Positions 29,240-40,912 of a stretch of 64,000 nt of DNA are shown here, piece after piece; the stretch's first letter is position 1; every line of letters starts with the position of its first letter. A program made the translations under genes and the position numbers. The notes under the pieces were generated by a model that was not told the DNA's origin, did not search any database, and worked only from the letters and a program-made list of their open reading frames with translations. This DNA is from Gammaproteobacteria bacterium. GTDB lineage: Bacteria > Pseudomonadota > Gammaproteobacteria > SZUA-229. The stretch lies in contig JAOULC010000007.1 of NCBI GenBank assembly GCA_029882215.1, forward strand, positions 13,546 to 77,545, written 5' to 3'.

Positions 29240-32200
29240 TTACTCTGTCAACTCATGATCAGGACTTAATATAGGTACTTTTTTAAGGTATTCGTTTAGC
29301 TGAAGCAGGTCCATTGCCTCACTAAAATAATGTCCCTGAGCAAATTCACATTTTATTTTTTTAAGTTCTATCAGCTGGCTTTCAGCCTCAACACCTTCCG
29401 CAATTATTTTAAATCCCATCACTTCAGACATGGCATGCATCATTTCACAGTGACGGCGTGCTTTATCACTAACCGCAAGCTGGTTAATCAAACGGGCATC
29501 CATTTTTACCCGGTCAAAACCTATATCCAGCAAAAGTGAGATTGGCGTCGATCCTTTGCCAAAATTATCAATTTGAAATTTCACACCTGCCTTTCTCAGT
29601 AGCTCAATTATCGCTATCTGATCATAGGACAGGCTGTGCATAGCTGATTCGTTCATATCCATCGCTATCTGACTGATCGATACAGATTCTTCATCGCATA
29701 CCTGTTGCAGAAACTCTAAAAAGTTTTCATCAAGCTGAAGCGCTGAAATATTGATAACAATTTCAGGGATAGTAGAACCGGCTTTCTGCAGGCGACTCAG
29801 TTCGGCACAAGCCTGTCTTATGACCCAGTCCCCTATTGCTACAATAAAGCCTGTGTTTTCTGCTTCAACCAATAATTCGGCCGGTTCCAGCAAACCTTTT
29901 TCAGGGTGCTCCCAGCGCAGTAAGACTTCAATCGCCGACAGGCTTTTTTCATTAACATTAAATTGCGGTAAAAAGAACAGCCTGAATTGATCATTCTTTA
30001 ATGCTTTGTGCAACTGGACTTCATAGTCCCACCATATCTTTGCCTTTTCGTTCAGTTCAGTGCTATACAGATGGTAATTACTGGCAGCTTGCAGTTTTGA
30101 CGCGAGCAGTGCAACTTCTGCTTTTTCTATCAGATCGTTCGCCTCAGCTCCGTCTTCAGGGAACAGGCTAATGCCTATAGAAAAGATCAGATCATACAGC
30201 TCATCGCCAACCTGATAGTTTTCAGACAGTGTGGATAATATTTTTTGTGCCACAATATTAATCTTATTAACGTCTACAATTTCCTCTAATAGCATAGCGA
30301 ATTTATCAGCCCCAAAATGGCTGACGTAATCACTCTCACGACTGACAAACTGCAATCGCCTGCCGACTGTTCTTAACAGCTGATCACCTACATCAAAGCC
30401 ATCGCGTTTATTCAGTTCATAGAACCGTCTGATATCAATAATAACAACAGCGATATATTTACCACTGCGCTTTGAACGTTTTAAAGCGTATTCCAGCCGG
30501 TCTACATAGTGATCCTTATCTGCCAGACCAATCATGTTATCACGGTGCAAGTCTGGAAGCTGCTGCTGAGAACTCCTGCTGTTTGCTCTGGTCATCATCA
30601 TGACATATTTTTTCTTATTATCCTCCAGGCTTTTTATCAGCTCTATATGTGTATTTACCGAGTAGCTTTCACCTGTTTTTCGCCGGTTCCATACAACACC
30701 TTTCCAGACACCGTTCGCTTCCAGCTCTGCACTTATCTTTTCTGTTATAAAAAAGTTTTTCGTATCGGCCAGAATAATCTCTGGCTTCTGACCGCTCAGT
30801 TCAGCCTCGTCATAACCACTCATTTGCAGCATTGCATCGTTAACTGATACTATTCTTTGTTCAGAGTCTAAAACCATAACGGATTCAGAACTGCTTGCAA
30901 ACATTCTCTGCGCCAGGTTAAGCTGGCTCACCACTTCTTTAGAGTCCGTAATATCGCGCACGATAACAAAGCGGAGTTCGCGTCCGTGTATTTCAATCGG
31001 AGCCTGACTGACTTCTACAAAACGCACATCGCCTCCGATTTTATGGGTCGACTCATATAACTTTGGCTTCACACTGTGTGTATTTTTTTCAGCAAAAAAG
31101 TCATCTTCACTCAGGCTTATCGTATTAAAATTTTTACCGACAAGTTCTTCTTTATTTTTTTTATAAAACTCAATCGCTGCTACATTTGCATCTTCGATAA
31201 TATTTCTTACCGGATCTATTACCAGCATAATTGAACTGTTATTTTCAAACATTGACCAGTAACGGTCTTCACTTTCACGGAGCGCCCATTCTGCCACTTT
31301 TCTTTCGCTAATATCTCTGACCACGTACTGATAGGCCAGCTTATTGCCGTACACTACCGTGTGTGCACTTATTTCGACAGCAACAACGTCACCCTGGTAA
31401 GTACACATTTCATGCTCAAACAAAATATCTTTATGTTGTGCCAGCTCAGACAGTTTTTCACGCGTAATTTTTTCCAGTCCGGCTTTATCAATGTCGTATA
31501 TCGACAAATTATTCAGCTCGCCCTCACCATAGCCCAGCCAGATATAAGCCAGCTCATTTGCATCGACAATCGCCAGTGTTTCAGGGTCTATAATAAAGAT
31601 AGCATCGTTTGCGTGATTAAATAAGGTATAGTAATTTTGCTTTGACCTGATCAGATCGTTTGTAGTCTGTTTATTTTCTGTAACATCCCGGAATATAGCG
31701 TGTAAATATGTATTGTTTTTTATTTCTACAACTTTAAAATGTGCTTCCACATCAAACACGTCTTTATTTTTGCTGATTAGCTGAATGCTTCTTATTCCGC
31801 CTTTATCTTCCACCAGTTTATTGATAAATTCCGTTATCTCCTGGCCATCCTCTGCCATGTACAGACCAAGCCTGGTACGAAAAAACTCGCCTCGCTTATA
31901 GCCAAGCATATCCAGTAATGCCGGATTAAATTCAGCCGCTAACGTGGTTTTAACATCAAGCATCATCGTCGGAAATGGTAAGTCATCGAACAGACGTTTA
32001 TATCGTCTGTCGAGCTCTTTATTCTTTGCTTCGAGACTATATTGCACCGATATATCGCGCCGGATTATATATAAACCAATCAGTTTTTTATTTTTATAGA
32101 GTGGTGTTTTTACTGTTTCATAGTGCCTTGTCTGACCGCCTACCATCAGCTCTTCTTCATGCTGATGTTGCTTTATTTCTGACAATACCCAGTCATCTTC

Positions 32201-32626
32201 CTGCTGGCACTTCATCACTTCAATTTCGTCCATGAAGCAGTCATCCATTTTTCCGGCAATATAATTTTTTGTTACACCAAAAATTTCACAAAAATAATCA
32301 TTTACGTATATATACTGACCTTTTATATTTTTAATGGCGACGGCGACACTGCTCTCATTCAATATTTCATGATAGACCTTCTCTGTTATATCCCTGTTGA
32401 GAGTAACAACATCAAAAATGACTAAGATTTCACGTATAAATGAGAATATTGCATTAAACACCAGGCCTAGCATCATACCACTGATAAACCAGTATGCATG
32501 CACTGCGTTTGCCGGTTCCAGCAGGCTGTCTACTACTTCCTTGCCGATAAATAACCACAACAAACCCAGCAGCAGTTTGAGTCCTGACACAACCAGCCGG
32601 TTTATATGTGTATTAACAATTGCCAC
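29240..32626 (-). CDS. Multidomain c-di-GMP signalling protein: N-terminal TM region, multiple PAS/PAC domains, GGDEF, EAL
   Basis: 1128 aa. It has several PAS-like repeats, a GGDEF-like domain (degenerate, …FGADKF…), and a C-terminal EAL domain (QPQ/EAL-type motifs, ELLRKAG, DNFGKGST). Confidence 0.85.
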   Translation of the reverse strand: MAIVNTHINRLVVSGLKLLLGLLWLFIGKEVVDSLLEPANAVHAYWFISGMMLGLVFNAIFSFIREILVIFDVVTLNRDITEKVYHEILNESSVAVAIKNIKGQYIYVNDYFCEIFGVTKNYIAGKMDDCFMDEIEVMKCQQEDDWVLSEIKQHQHEEELMVGGQTRHYETVKTPLYKNKKLIGLYIIRRDISVQYSLEAKNKELDRRYKRLFDDLPFPTMMLDVKTTLAAEFNPALLDMLGYKRGEFFRTRLGLYMAEDGQEITEFINKLVEDKGGIRSIQLISKNKDVFDVEAHFKVVEIKNNTYLHAIFRDVTENKQTTNDLIRSKQNYYTLFNHANDAIFIIDPETLAIVDANELAYIWLGYGEGELNNLSIYDIDKAGLEKITREKLSELAQHKDILFEHEMCTYQGDVVAVEISAHTVVYGNKLAYQYVVRDISERKVAEWALRESEDRYWSMFENNSSIMLVIDPVRNIIEDANVAAIEFYKKNKEELVGKNFNTISLSEDDFFAEKNTHSVKPKLYESTHKIGGDVRFVEVSQAPIEIHGRELRFVIVRDITDSKEVVSQLNLAQRMFASSSESVMVLDSEQRIVSVNDAMLQMSGYDEAELSGQKPEIILADTKNFFITEKISAELEANGVWKGVVWNRRKTGESYSVNTHIELIKSLEDNKKKYVMMMTRANSRSSQQQLPDLHRDNMIGLADKDHYVDRLEYALKRSKRSGKYIAVVIIDIRRFYELNKRDGFDVGDQLLRTVGRRLQFVSRESDYVSHFGADKFAMLLEEIVDVNKINIVAQKILSTLSENYQVGDELYDLIFSIGISLFPEDGAEANDLIEKAEVALLASKLQAASNYHLYSTELNEKAKIWWDYEVQLHKALKNDQFRLFFLPQFNVNEKSLSAIEVLLRWEHPEKGLLEPAELLVEAENTGFIVAIGDWVIRQACAELSRLQKAGSTIPEIVINISALQLDENFLEFLQQVCDEESVSISQIAMDMNESAMHSLSYDQIAIIELLRKAGVKFQIDNFGKGSTPISLLLDIGFDRVKMDARLINQLAVSDKARRHCEMMHAMSEVMGFKIIAEGVEAESQLIELKKIKCEFAQGHYFSEAMDLLQLNEYLKKVPILSPDHELTE

Positions 32627-32653
32627 AGCGTAATCCTTTATTGTGTTTCTTTT

Positions 32654-34813
32654 TTATAAGGAGGTCAGATTAGCATACGATATAACTAACCATTTGGTTC
32701 CTTCGAATTCAAAATTTACTTCAACTCTGGCGTGCGCACCCGTGCCTTCATAATTAATTACCATACCTTCTCCAAACTTGGCATGTATCACTCTCTGCCC
32801 TATGCTGAACTCTGATGAATCGTCCTGCGATAAAAAACTATTGCTCATAGTTGGTTCAGATACTTTTGTATGCAAGCGTATATCTGCTATTAATTCTGCC
32901 GGTATTTCACTGATAAACCTTGATGGCCGGGGATAAGTATCACGTCCGTACAACTGACGGTGCTCAGCATTACTGATGGTTAACTGTTCACGCGCTCTGG
33001 TAATGCCAACGTAGCAAAGCCGGCGCTCCTCTTCCAGTCTGGCCGCATCTTCTACTGATCGCTGATGAGGAAACAGGCCTTCTTCAACACCACAGATAAA
33101 GACCTGCTTGAACTCCAGCCCTTTCGCACTGTGCATCGTCATCATCTGCACGCAATCTTCCCACTCTTCAGCCTGGCCTTCTCCGGATTCAAGCACCGCA
33201 TACGTTAGAAAGGCTGTAATTTTTTCCATTTCTTCGGCTTCATCCTCAGGCATTGTAAAACTTTTTGCCGCGCCGACCAGCTCTTCCATATTTTCAATTC
33301 GCTGCTCTGCTTTTTCAGACTTATCTTTTCTAAAGTGTTCAATTAAACCTGACTTATGTACCACGTGATCAACCATTTCATGCAGTTCAATCTCCGACGT
33401 TGCTGCCTGCATTTCACTGATCAGGTCGATAAAATTTTGCAGTGCATTACCGGCCCTGGCGGTTAAAACTTTAGCTTCAATTAATTTCAATGCAGCATCC
33501 CACATTGTTATTCCCTGAAGCTTCGCCTGTTCACGTATAATGTCTATTGTTCTGCCGCCAATTCCCCGCGCCGGAACATTCACTATACGTTCAAAAGCAG
33601 TATCATCCAGCACATTATTCATCAGCCTTAAATAGGCAATGCAGTCTTTTATCTCGGCCCGGTCAAAGAAGCGCAGGCCGCCGTAAATGCGGTACGGTAT
33701 CTGCTCCGCATTCAATGACTGCTCAAACACCCGTGACTGCGCATTGGAACGATAGAGAATAGCCACTTCATCCCGCTGTTCTCCGTCATCAACCCATTGT
33801 TTTATTTTTTCAATAACATAGCGTGCTTCGTCATATTCGTTATATGCCTGATAATAAGTAATGGGCTCGCCATCACTGCCTGCGGTCCACAGTTTTTTAC
33901 CAAGTCGGTCGCCATTGTTACCGATAACAGCGTTTGCCGCCGACAGAATAGTGGCCGTTGAGCGGTAGTTTTGTTCCAGCTTTATAATTCTTGATGCGGG
34001 GAAATCCTTGCGGAATTTCTGCAGGTTTTCAACCCGTGCACCTCGCCAGCCATAAATAGCCTGATCATCATCGCCGACGACAAATATATTGTTTTTCTTG
34101 CCAACTAATAACCGTACCCAGGCATATTGTATTGAGTTTGTATCCTGAAACTCATCCACCAGTACATGTCTGAAGCGCTGCTGATAGTGCTGCAGCAAAT
34201 CATCATTATCTCTTAGCAGCTCGAGCGAGCGCAGCAGCATCTCCGCGAAATCGATCACTCCCGCCCGCAGACAAGCCGCTTCATATGCAGAGTAAATCCG
34301 CACTAACTGGCGCCGTACCATGTCACCATTATCGGCAATATGCTGCGGCCTTTCGCCTTCATCTTTGCAGGCATTGATAAAACCGCGAATCTGTTTCGGT
34401 TGCCACTGTGTTTCATCCAGTTCCAGTGACTGCACTACTTTTTTAATCAGCCGTAACTGATCATCAGAATCCAGAATCTGGAAAGTCTGTGGTAAACCCG
34501 CCTGCTTCCAGTGACTTCTTAATAAGCGATGTGCGATACCATGAAACGTACCCACCCAGATTCCGCTCATCGAGCGGCTGTGCATCGCTTCAACTCGCTG
34601 GCGCATTTCTTTTGAGGCTTTATTGGTAAAGGTAACCGCAAGAATACTGTGAGGTGACACATTCTCTACCGTCACCAGCCAGCTAATTCGGTGTACCAGT
34701 ACTCGTGTTTTACCGCTGCCAGCACCTGCCAGCACCAGCATTGCTGTATCTGGTGCGGATACAGCCTCACGCTGCATTTCATTCAAACCATCTAATATTT
34801 CTGTAACATCCAT
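32654..34813 (-). CDS. uvrD: DNA helicase II UvrD
   Basis: Collinear with E. coli UvrD from MDVTEILDGLNEMQREAVSAP through the C-terminal HAKFGEGMV motif. Walker A motif GAGSGKTRVL. The start is chosen at MDV (34813) rather than the upstream Met. Confidence 0.9.
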   Translation of the reverse strand: MDVTEILDGLNEMQREAVSAPDTAMLVLAGAGSGKTRVLVHRISWLVTVENVSPHSILAVTFTNKASKEMRQRVEAMHSRSMSGIWVGTFHGIAHRLLRSHWKQAGLPQTFQILDSDDQLRLIKKVVQSLELDETQWQPKQIRGFINACKDEGERPQHIADNGDMVRRQLVRIYSAYEAACLRAGVIDFAEMLLRSLELLRDNDDLLQHYQQRFRHVLVDEFQDTNSIQYAWVRLLVGKKNNIFVVGDDDQAIYGWRGARVENLQKFRKDFPASRIIKLEQNYRSTATILSAANAVIGNNGDRLGKKLWTAGSDGEPITYYQAYNEYDEARYVIEKIKQWVDDGEQRDEVAILYRSNAQSRVFEQSLNAEQIPYRIYGGLRFFDRAEIKDCIAYLRLMNNVLDDTAFERIVNVPARGIGGRTIDIIREQAKLQGITMWDAALKLIEAKVLTARAGNALQNFIDLISEMQAATSEIELHEMVDHVVHKSGLIEHFRKDKSEKAEQRIENMEELVGAAKSFTMPEDEAEEMEKITAFLTYAVLESGEGQAEEWEDCVQMMTMHSAKGLEFKQVFICGVEEGLFPHQRSVEDAARLEEERRLCYVGITRAREQLTISNAEHRQLYGRDTYPRPSRFISEIPAELIADIRLHTKVSEPTMSNSFLSQDDSSEFSIGQRVIHAKFGEGMVINYEGTGAHARVEVNFEFEGTKWLVISYANLTSL

Positions 34814-34898
34814 CAACTTAATCTTCTTGGGACATCTAAAGGACAAACTATTCAGTTAAACTTAATTTAACTCTATTTTATACTAATAACGATCAACC

Positions 34899-35291
34899 AT
34901 GCCGATACACACAACACCAGATCATCAGCAACATCTGCTACATACACGATGCACAGACATTGTTAGCGTTGATGAAGTCTGCGTTTATTTAAAAACAACC
35001 TGGCTTGATCCTGCTGTCTACGGCTATAACCAGCTGATTGATTATACTGCAGCTGACCTGTCGCAAATTGACTATGGCGGACTTATGACAATCGCTGCAG
35101 AATCTGCCAAAGTTTACTCACTGGATCCGGATTCCAGATGCGCCATGCTCATAGCTTCTGCTGAACAAAAAAGAATGGCAGACTTTTATATCAATGCGAA
35201 GTCGCTAATGACAGTGCCAACGCGTGAATACAAAAGTTTTACTTGCCGTGAAGAAGCCATCGAGTGGCTGACTGAAAAACATTCAACATAA
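34899..35291 (+). CDS. Hypothetical protein (130 aa), possibly STAS-like fold
   Basis: ORF with a good coding look but no recognisable catalytic motif. The C-terminal …REEAIEWL resembles STAS-domain ends. The assignment is weak. Confidence 0.35.
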   Translation: MPIHTTPDHQQHLLHTRCTDIVSVDEVCVYLKTTWLDPAVYGYNQLIDYTAADLSQIDYGGLMTIAAESAKVYSLDPDSRCAMLIASAEQKRMADFYINAKSLMTVPTREYKSFTCREEAIEWLTEKHST

Positions 35292-35301
35292 GACCAGTCG
35301 T

Positions 35302-36960
35302 TTAATCTTTCAGCCCAAAATAAATAATCACCGTACCAACTACCCCGCAAACCCATGATATAAACGGAGCACCCGCTATTAGCGCTCCGCTCACCGGGTT
35401 CAGACTGTATACAACAAACGCACTGATCAGCAAACTGGAGCCGACAATTGACATCACCGTTCGCTGGTTTGATCTGTATATTTCTTGTCTTAACTCTTTC
35501 ATTTCCAGCTGCTGTGCTTCATGGTTTTCACCTTCGGCTGCCCGCTTTAACGCGGCATAAATCAGACTCGGCAACTCCGGCATTTTTTCTGCAATATAGG
35601 GCAGGTTCTTTTTAAAGCCGCGCAACATGGCCTGCGCACCAATCTGTTCATCCATCCAGTTTTCAAGGAATGGTTTTGCTGTTTTCCACAGGTCAAGATC
35701 CGGATTAAGCTGCCGCCCGAGACCTTCAATATTCAGCAGGGTTTTTTGTAATAGCACCAGTTGTGGCTGCACTTCCATATTAAAACGCTGAGCTGTCTGG
35801 AACAGGCCGATTAAAACCAGACCAAATGAAATATCCTTTAACGGTTTTTCAAAAATCGGTTCACACACACTGCGGATAGCCGATTCAAATTCATCGACAC
35901 GGGTATCTGCCGGTACCCAGCCAGAATCTACATGCAGCTGTGCTACCCGCTGATAGTCACGTTTAAAAAATGCCAGAAAGTTTTCTGCCAGATAACGCTG
36001 GTCATCAACATTCAGGCTGCCGACTATGCCAAAATCGACCGCTATATATTGTGCGTTCTGCGGATTTTTAAGATCAACAAAGATATTTCCCGGATGCATA
36101 TCCGCATGGAAAAAATTATGTTTAAACACCTGGGTAAAAAATATTTCGACACCACGTTCAGACAAACGCTCAAGATTAACCCCGTGTTCGATTAATGCCT
36201 CAGTCTGGCCAATCGGTATACCGGAAATACGCTCCATCACCATGACATCACGGCGTACAAAATCCCAGTACACTTCCGGTATATATAAAGCAGCAGACTC
36301 ACTAAAATTGCGTCTCAATTGTGAGGCATTAGCCGCTTCACGCTGCAGGTTTAATTCATCGTGAATGGTTTTTTCATATTCGGCCACGACTTCAATCACC
36401 CGCAGACGACGGCCTATACTCGAATAGCGCTCGGCCAGCTGTGCAATCACATACATTAGTGCAACATCACGTTCGATGATTTTTTTAATGCCAGGCCGCA
36501 CGACTTTAACAATCACCTCAGTGCCGTCTTTTAATTGTGCGCCATGCACCTGCGCGATGGATGCCGAGGCAAATGGTTCATTATCAAAACGTAAAAAAGC
36601 CTCATTAACATTGCTCTTTAGCGATGCCTCAATAATACTTTTTGCCTGCTCAGGCGGAAATGGCGGTACATTATCCTGCAACTTCGCCAGTTCTTTTGCA
36701 ATATCGTCGGCCAGTAAGTCGCGCCGTGTCGAAAGCATCTGCCCCAGCTTTATATAAACCGGGCCGAGGTCTTCGAGTGCTTTTCTCAGTCGTTCACCTC
36801 TTGCCGCTCGCTTTCTTGGCAGCCAGTTCCATGGCATAAGAAATAAAAGAAAACGAAACGGTCTGAATAAGTGTATTTCAAATACGATATCATCAAGGCC
36901 GTGTTTCATCAGAACATAATTAATACGAAGCAAACGTAACAGCTGAGAGGGGCGAATCAT
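35302..36960 (-). CDS. ubiB: Ubiquinone biosynthesis protein kinase-like UbiB
   Basis: The N-terminal region is collinear with E. coli UbiB (…[19 protein letters not shown]…). It has an ABC1/ADCK kinase-like domain and C-terminal TM helices. Confidence 0.9.
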   Translation of the reverse strand: MIRPSQLLRLLRINYVLMKHGLDDIVFEIHLFRPFRFLLFLMPWNWLPRKRAARGERLRKALEDLGPVYIKLGQMLSTRRDLLADDIAKELAKLQDNVPPFPPEQAKSIIEASLKSNVNEAFLRFDNEPFASASIAQVHGAQLKDGTEVIVKVVRPGIKKIIERDVALMYVIAQLAERYSSIGRRLRVIEVVAEYEKTIHDELNLQREAANASQLRRNFSESAALYIPEVYWDFVRRDVMVMERISGIPIGQTEALIEHGVNLERLSERGVEIFFTQVFKHNFFHADMHPGNIFVDLKNPQNAQYIAVDFGIVGSLNVDDQRYLAENFLAFFKRDYQRVAQLHVDSGWVPADTRVDEFESAIRSVCEPIFEKPLKDISFGLVLIGLFQTAQRFNMEVQPQLVLLQKTLLNIEGLGRQLNPDLDLWKTAKPFLENWMDEQIGAQAMLRGFKKNLPYIAEKMPELPSLIYAALKRAAEGENHEAQQLEMKELRQEIYRSNQRTVMSIVGSSLLISAFVVYSLNPVSGALIAGAPFISWVCGVVGTVIIYFGLKD

Positions 36961-37598
36961 TGTTTTTTAGCCTTATTATCGGATGAGTCTTGTTTTTTTT
37001 GTTGCAGTTTTTTCAGCCGCGCTTCCAGCCTTGATACATCATCTCTTAACTTATCGACATCCTGCATAAACGCACCGGTTTCATTCTGTCCGGGCAGGTA
37101 ATGAATTTCTTCCTGTAAATACTCACCGATATTCATTTGCATGGAGTCGTTGTTTCTTTTTTTCCATGAGAATATCGAGCGTGAAATATTGCCCAGTGTA
37201 TGCGCCGCCATATCACCGGTGACTTTAGCTAACAGCTCTTCCCAGTCCAGGTCTAATGAAGCCAGTAAACGGTTAAATTGTCTGCCCAGTTTCAGATCGC
37301 CGGTAATGCTGACATCGCCGGCAAACATTTCTGCCTGACTGTCACTGGCCATACCCAGCCTGACGAGTGCCAGTGGAGTACCACTGATCGTGGTGTCGGC
37401 ATCCGCGTCAAAATCATCCAGTATCATCACGTCCTGTGCATCGGGGAAAAGATATAAGCGGATATTCAGGCCTTCGAATTGCAGGCAGATGATACGGCCT
37501 TCCATCGCGGCAAGTTGCGCGGCGGCTGCCGGCTCGAGTGACAATAAACGATTAAACGCGTTTTCTATGCCAGCAATAACAATCTGTGGTACTTTCAC
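36957..37598 (-). CDS. ubiJ: Ubiquinone biosynthesis accessory factor UbiJ (SCP2 domain)
   Basis: Lies between ubiE and ubiB with a 4-nt ATGA overlap with ubiB. SCP2-like N-terminus and a coiled-coil C-terminus. Confidence 0.75.
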   Translation of the reverse strand: MKVPQIVIAGIENAFNRLLSLEPAAAAQLAAMEGRIICLQFEGLNIRLYLFPDAQDVMILDDFDADADTTISGTPLALVRLGMASDSQAEMFAGDVSITGDLKLGRQFNRLLASLDLDWEELLAKVTGDMAAHTLGNISRSIFSWKKRNNDSMQMNIGEYLQEEIHYLPGQNETGAFMQDVDKLRDDVSRLEARLKKLQQKKQDSSDNKAKKQ

Positions 37599-37638
37599 CG
37601 CGCCGCTTCACTCTTTATAAATTTTTCGGAACTTCTGC

Positions 37639-38388
37639 TTAAAGTTTAAAACCTTTATGCAAGGCAACAATACCACCGGTTAGATTATGATAATCACAAC
37701 GCTCGAAGCCGGCCTCCTGCATCATTGATTTTAATGTATCCTGATCCGGATGCATGCGAATAGACTCAGCCAGATAGCGATAGCTCTCTTCGTCATTAGC
37801 AATGACCTTGCCCATCATCGGTAATAATTTAAATGAATAAAAGTCATACACAGGCGACAGGCCAGGTGCGACCGGCTTAGAAAATTCCAGCACCAGTAAA
37901 CGACCGCCCGGCTTTAAGATGCGCTGCATTGAACGCAGCGCCATGTCTTTATCCGTGACATTACGCAGGCCAAATGCCATGGTGATACAGTCAAAATAAT
38001 CGTCAGGGAATGGCAGGCATTCTGCGTTCGCCTGTACATAACGAATATTACCCGCCACGCCTTCATCGGTTAGCCGGTCGCGACCGTTTGAGAGCATTGA
38101 CCCGTTGATATCCGATAACACCACTTCACCGGAGTCGCCCACCATGCGTGACATTTTCAATGCCAGATCACCGGTACCACCTGCCAGATCCAGCACACGC
38201 TGACCGTTTTTCAGACCTGTTTGTGCCAGCGTAAAGCGCTTCCAGAGGCGATGTACACCAAACGACATGACATCATTCATAATGTCATATTTGTCTGCAA
38301 CCGAGTGGAAAACCTCGGCAACTTTACCGGCTTTTTCTCCGGCTTTGACTTGCTCAAAACCGAAATGTGTTTCTTCGTTACTTTTCAT
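37639..38388 (-). CDS. ubiE: Ubiquinone/menaquinone biosynthesis C-methyltransferase UbiE
   Basis: The N-terminal HFGF…VA.KYD.MNDV.S.G.HR.WK and the SAM motif LDLAGGTGD are present. Confidence 0.9.
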   Translation of the reverse strand: MKSNEETHFGFEQVKAGEKAGKVAEVFHSVADKYDIMNDVMSFGVHRLWKRFTLAQTGLKNGQRVLDLAGGTGDLALKMSRMVGDSGEVVLSDINGSMLSNGRDRLTDEGVAGNIRYVQANAECLPFPDDYFDCITMAFGLRNVTDKDMALRSMQRILKPGGRLLVLEFSKPVAPGLSPVYDFYSFKLLPMMGKVIANDEESYRYLAESIRMHPDQDTLKSMMQEAGFERCDYHNLTGGIVALHKGFKL

Positions 38389-38426
38389 CTGAATTCCAAA
38401 TGGCTGCGCTGCCTTAGTCTCCGGGT

Positions 38427-38792
38427 TTAACTGGCTTCCGGATTCTGCCGTTGATGGCCGGCTTCTTTTAAGCGCTCTAGGTAATTATCCCACTTTTCCT
38501 GGTAGTTTACGCCTAAGTCGTAAAGATAATCCCAGGAATACAGGCCTGTGTCGTGATTATCACTGAAAGCCAGCTTCACGGCGTAGTGCCCAACAGCCTC
38601 AATACTGTCAATGTTCACACTTTCTTTATTCAGCTGCAACACTTCCTGACCCGGACCATGACCTGTGACTTCCGCAGAAGGTGAATACACGCGCAGGTAT
38701 TCACAGGGCAGCTTGAAAGTAGAACCTTCATCGAATTCTAATTCCAGTACGTGTGATTTTTTATGTAACATGATATTGGTAGGTTTTGGCAT
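38427..38792 (-). CDS. DUF971-family protein (gamma-butyrobetaine hydroxylase-like N-terminal domain)
   Basis: ~120-130 aa with a typical DUF971 length and composition. It is commonly found near ubiE and hslVU in pseudomonads. The ORF could extend to 38819. Confidence 0.5.
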   Translation of the reverse strand: MPKPTNIMLHKKSHVLELEFDEGSTFKLPCEYLRVYSPSAEVTGHGPGQEVLQLNKESVNIDSIEAVGHYAVKLAFSDNHDTGLYSWDYLYDLGVNYQEKWDNYLERLKEAGHQRQNPEAS

Positions 38793-38901
38793 TCTGTACT
38801 CCGATAAGCCCGCTAACACCGGCTTGTCTGTTAATTTAAAAAACTCGATAACTGATTATAAAGCAGCAATTGTTCAGAGTATCCGGACAAATACACCCTG
38901 T

Positions 38902-40230
38902 TTACAGTATGTAGCGACTCAGATCCTGATCCTCTGCCAAATTACCTAAAATGGCTTCTACATAGCTGGCATCAATACTGACGCTGCTGCCGGACTTATC
39001 CGCAGCCTCAAAAGAGATGTCCTCCAGCAATTTTTCCATTACCGTGTGTAAACGTCGGGCACCGATATTTTCGGTTTTTTCATTCACACTGAACGCCACA
39101 TCGGCAATCCGTGCAATACCATCGTCAGTGAAATTAATCTCCACCCCTTCGGTGGCTAACAACGCCTTGTATTGCACGGTTAGGGCAGCATCGGGTTCGG
39201 TCAGGATGCGGATAAAATCTTCCGCTTTAAGTGCATCCAGCTCTACGCGAATCGGCAAACGACCCTGCAACTCCGGAATCAAGTCTGAGGGTTTACTGAC
39301 ATGGAAAGCGCCTGAGGTTATAAACAAAATATGGTCGGTCTTCACCATGCCGTATTTTGTCGTCACCGTGCAACCCTCAACCAGCGGTAACAGGTCACGC
39401 TGCACGCCTTCGCGTGAAACATCACTTCCACTGGTTTCATTGCGCTGACAGACCTTGTCGATCTCATCAATAAAGACAATACCATTTTGTTCTGCATTGA
39501 TAACCGCCCGCTGTTTGAGGTCATCCTCATTCAGCAGCTTAGCTGCTTCTTCTTCCAGCAGGGCTTTTTGTGCCTGTTTAACCGTCATCTTGCGCATTTT
39601 TGTACTGCCAGTGGACATGTTCTGGAACATACCCTGCAGCTGGCTGGTCATTTCTTCCATGCCAGGTGGCGCCATGATCTCCACCCCGAGCTGCTGTGCC
39701 TGCACTTCAATCTCAATTTCACGTTCGTCCAGATCACCTAAACGCAGCTTGGTTCTGAATTTTTCTCGCGTACTGTTATCAGCTGACACTTCCGGGTTAC
39801 CAAAAGAATCACGCGATGGCGGTAACAAAGCATTTAAGATGCGCTCTTCTACTTTATCTTCAGCCTGTGAATGGACTTTTTTCATCTCAGCTTCACGCAC
39901 TTCTTTCACAGATAAATCGACAAGATCACGAATGATCGTATCCACTTCCCGGCCAACATAGCCTACTTCTGTGAATTTGGTCGCTTCTACCTTAATAAAC
40001 GGTGCTTGCGATAATTTCGCCAGACGGCGGGCAATCTCGGTTTTACCAACACCGGTTGGGCCGATCATCAGTATATTTTTAGGCGTAATTTCATTGCGTA
40101 GCTCTTCTGCCACCATTTGCCGGCGGTAGCGGTTACGTAAGGCGATAGCGACAGCACGTTTGGCTGAGCTTTGTCCTACAATGTGCTTGTCCAGTTCCTG
40201 GACAATTTCACGGGGGGTCATAGAAGACAT
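38902..40230 (-). CDS. hslU: ATP-dependent protease ATPase subunit HslU
   Basis: [20 protein letters not shown] is collinear with the E. coli HslU N-terminus, with Walker [16 protein letters not shown]. The upstream in-frame Met (40278) would overlap hslV, so the shorter start is preferred. Confidence 0.9.
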   Translation of the reverse strand: MSSMTPREIVQELDKHIVGQSSAKRAVAIALRNRYRRQMVAEELRNEITPKNILMIGPTGVGKTEIARRLAKLSQAPFIKVEATKFTEVGYVGREVDTIIRDLVDLSVKEVREAEMKKVHSQAEDKVEERILNALLPPSRDSFGNPEVSADNSTREKFRTKLRLGDLDEREIEIEVQAQQLGVEIMAPPGMEEMTSQLQGMFQNMSTGSTKMRKMTVKQAQKALLEEEAAKLLNEDDLKQRAVINAEQNGIVFIDEIDKVCQRNETSGSDVSREGVQRDLLPLVEGCTVTTKYGMVKTDHILFITSGAFHVSKPSDLIPELQGRLPIRVELDALKAEDFIRILTEPDAALTVQYKALLATEGVEINFTDDGIARIADVAFSVNEKTENIGARRLHTVMEKLLEDISFEAADKSGSSVSIDASYVEAILGNLAEDQDLSRYIL

Positions 40231-40252
40231 AGTGTTTGAAACCTTTAGTAAA

Positions 40253-40798
40253 TTATTCGTCGTTGCTGAGTTCTTCAATGGTCAGGTTTTTATTGGTATA
40301 AATGCAGATGTCACCGGCGATATTTAAGCTTTTCTCGACAATTTCGCGCGCTGATAAGTCGGTATTATCAAATAAGGCACGGGCCGCTGAACGGGCATAG
40401 TTTGAGCCTGAACCAATGGCTAACAAATCATCGTCGGTATCGATCACATCACCATTACCGCTGATAATTAATGAGGCTTCTTTGTCGGCAACAATTAACA
40501 TGGCTTCGAGGTTACGCAGCATTTTATCGGTACGCCAGTCTTTTGCCAGTTCGACCGCAGAGCGCACCAGCTGGCCATTGTGTTTTTCCAGCTGACCTTC
40601 AAAACGTTCAAAAAGTGTAAACGCATCGGCGGTGGCACCGGCAAAGCCGACGATGACTTTATTGTGGTAAAGACGACGGACTTTACGGGCATTACCCTTC
40701 ATAACCGTGTCACCTAAAGTGACCTGACCATCCCCGCCGATAACCACAGAGTTACCGCGGCGAATGGATATTATCGTCGTACCATGAAACGTGGCCAC
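40253..40798 (-). CDS. hslV: ATP-dependent protease subunit HslV (start uncertain)
   Basis: …[24 protein letters not shown]… is collinear with HslV. No in-frame ATG lies immediately before the catalytic Thr. The nearest starts are GTG (40798, giving MATFHG-TT) or TTG (40810). Confidence 0.8.
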   Translation of the reverse strand: MATFHGTTIISIRRGNSVVIGGDGQVTLGDTVMKGNARKVRRLYHNKVIVGFAGATADAFTLFERFEGQLEKHNGQLVRSAVELAKDWRTDKMLRNLEAMLIVADKEASLIISGNGDVIDTDDDLLAIGSGSNYARSAARALFDNTDLSAREIVEKSLNIAGDICIYTNKNLTIEELSNDE

Positions 40799-40912
40799 AT
40801 GAATCTCCAAAAATATTTTTAACAGGGTGCGAATTGTACACGAAATACAGATATAAGCCCGAACAGGGCGCTTTTCAAGCGTAGTTATTGTTCTTTTTGC
40901 TTTGCGCGGGGA

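Noticed and set aside
29226-29250. 12-nt match cttactctgtca shared with 46284-46295
   Set aside because: A single short match. One copy lies inside the 3' end of a CDS. It is consistent with chance at this window size.
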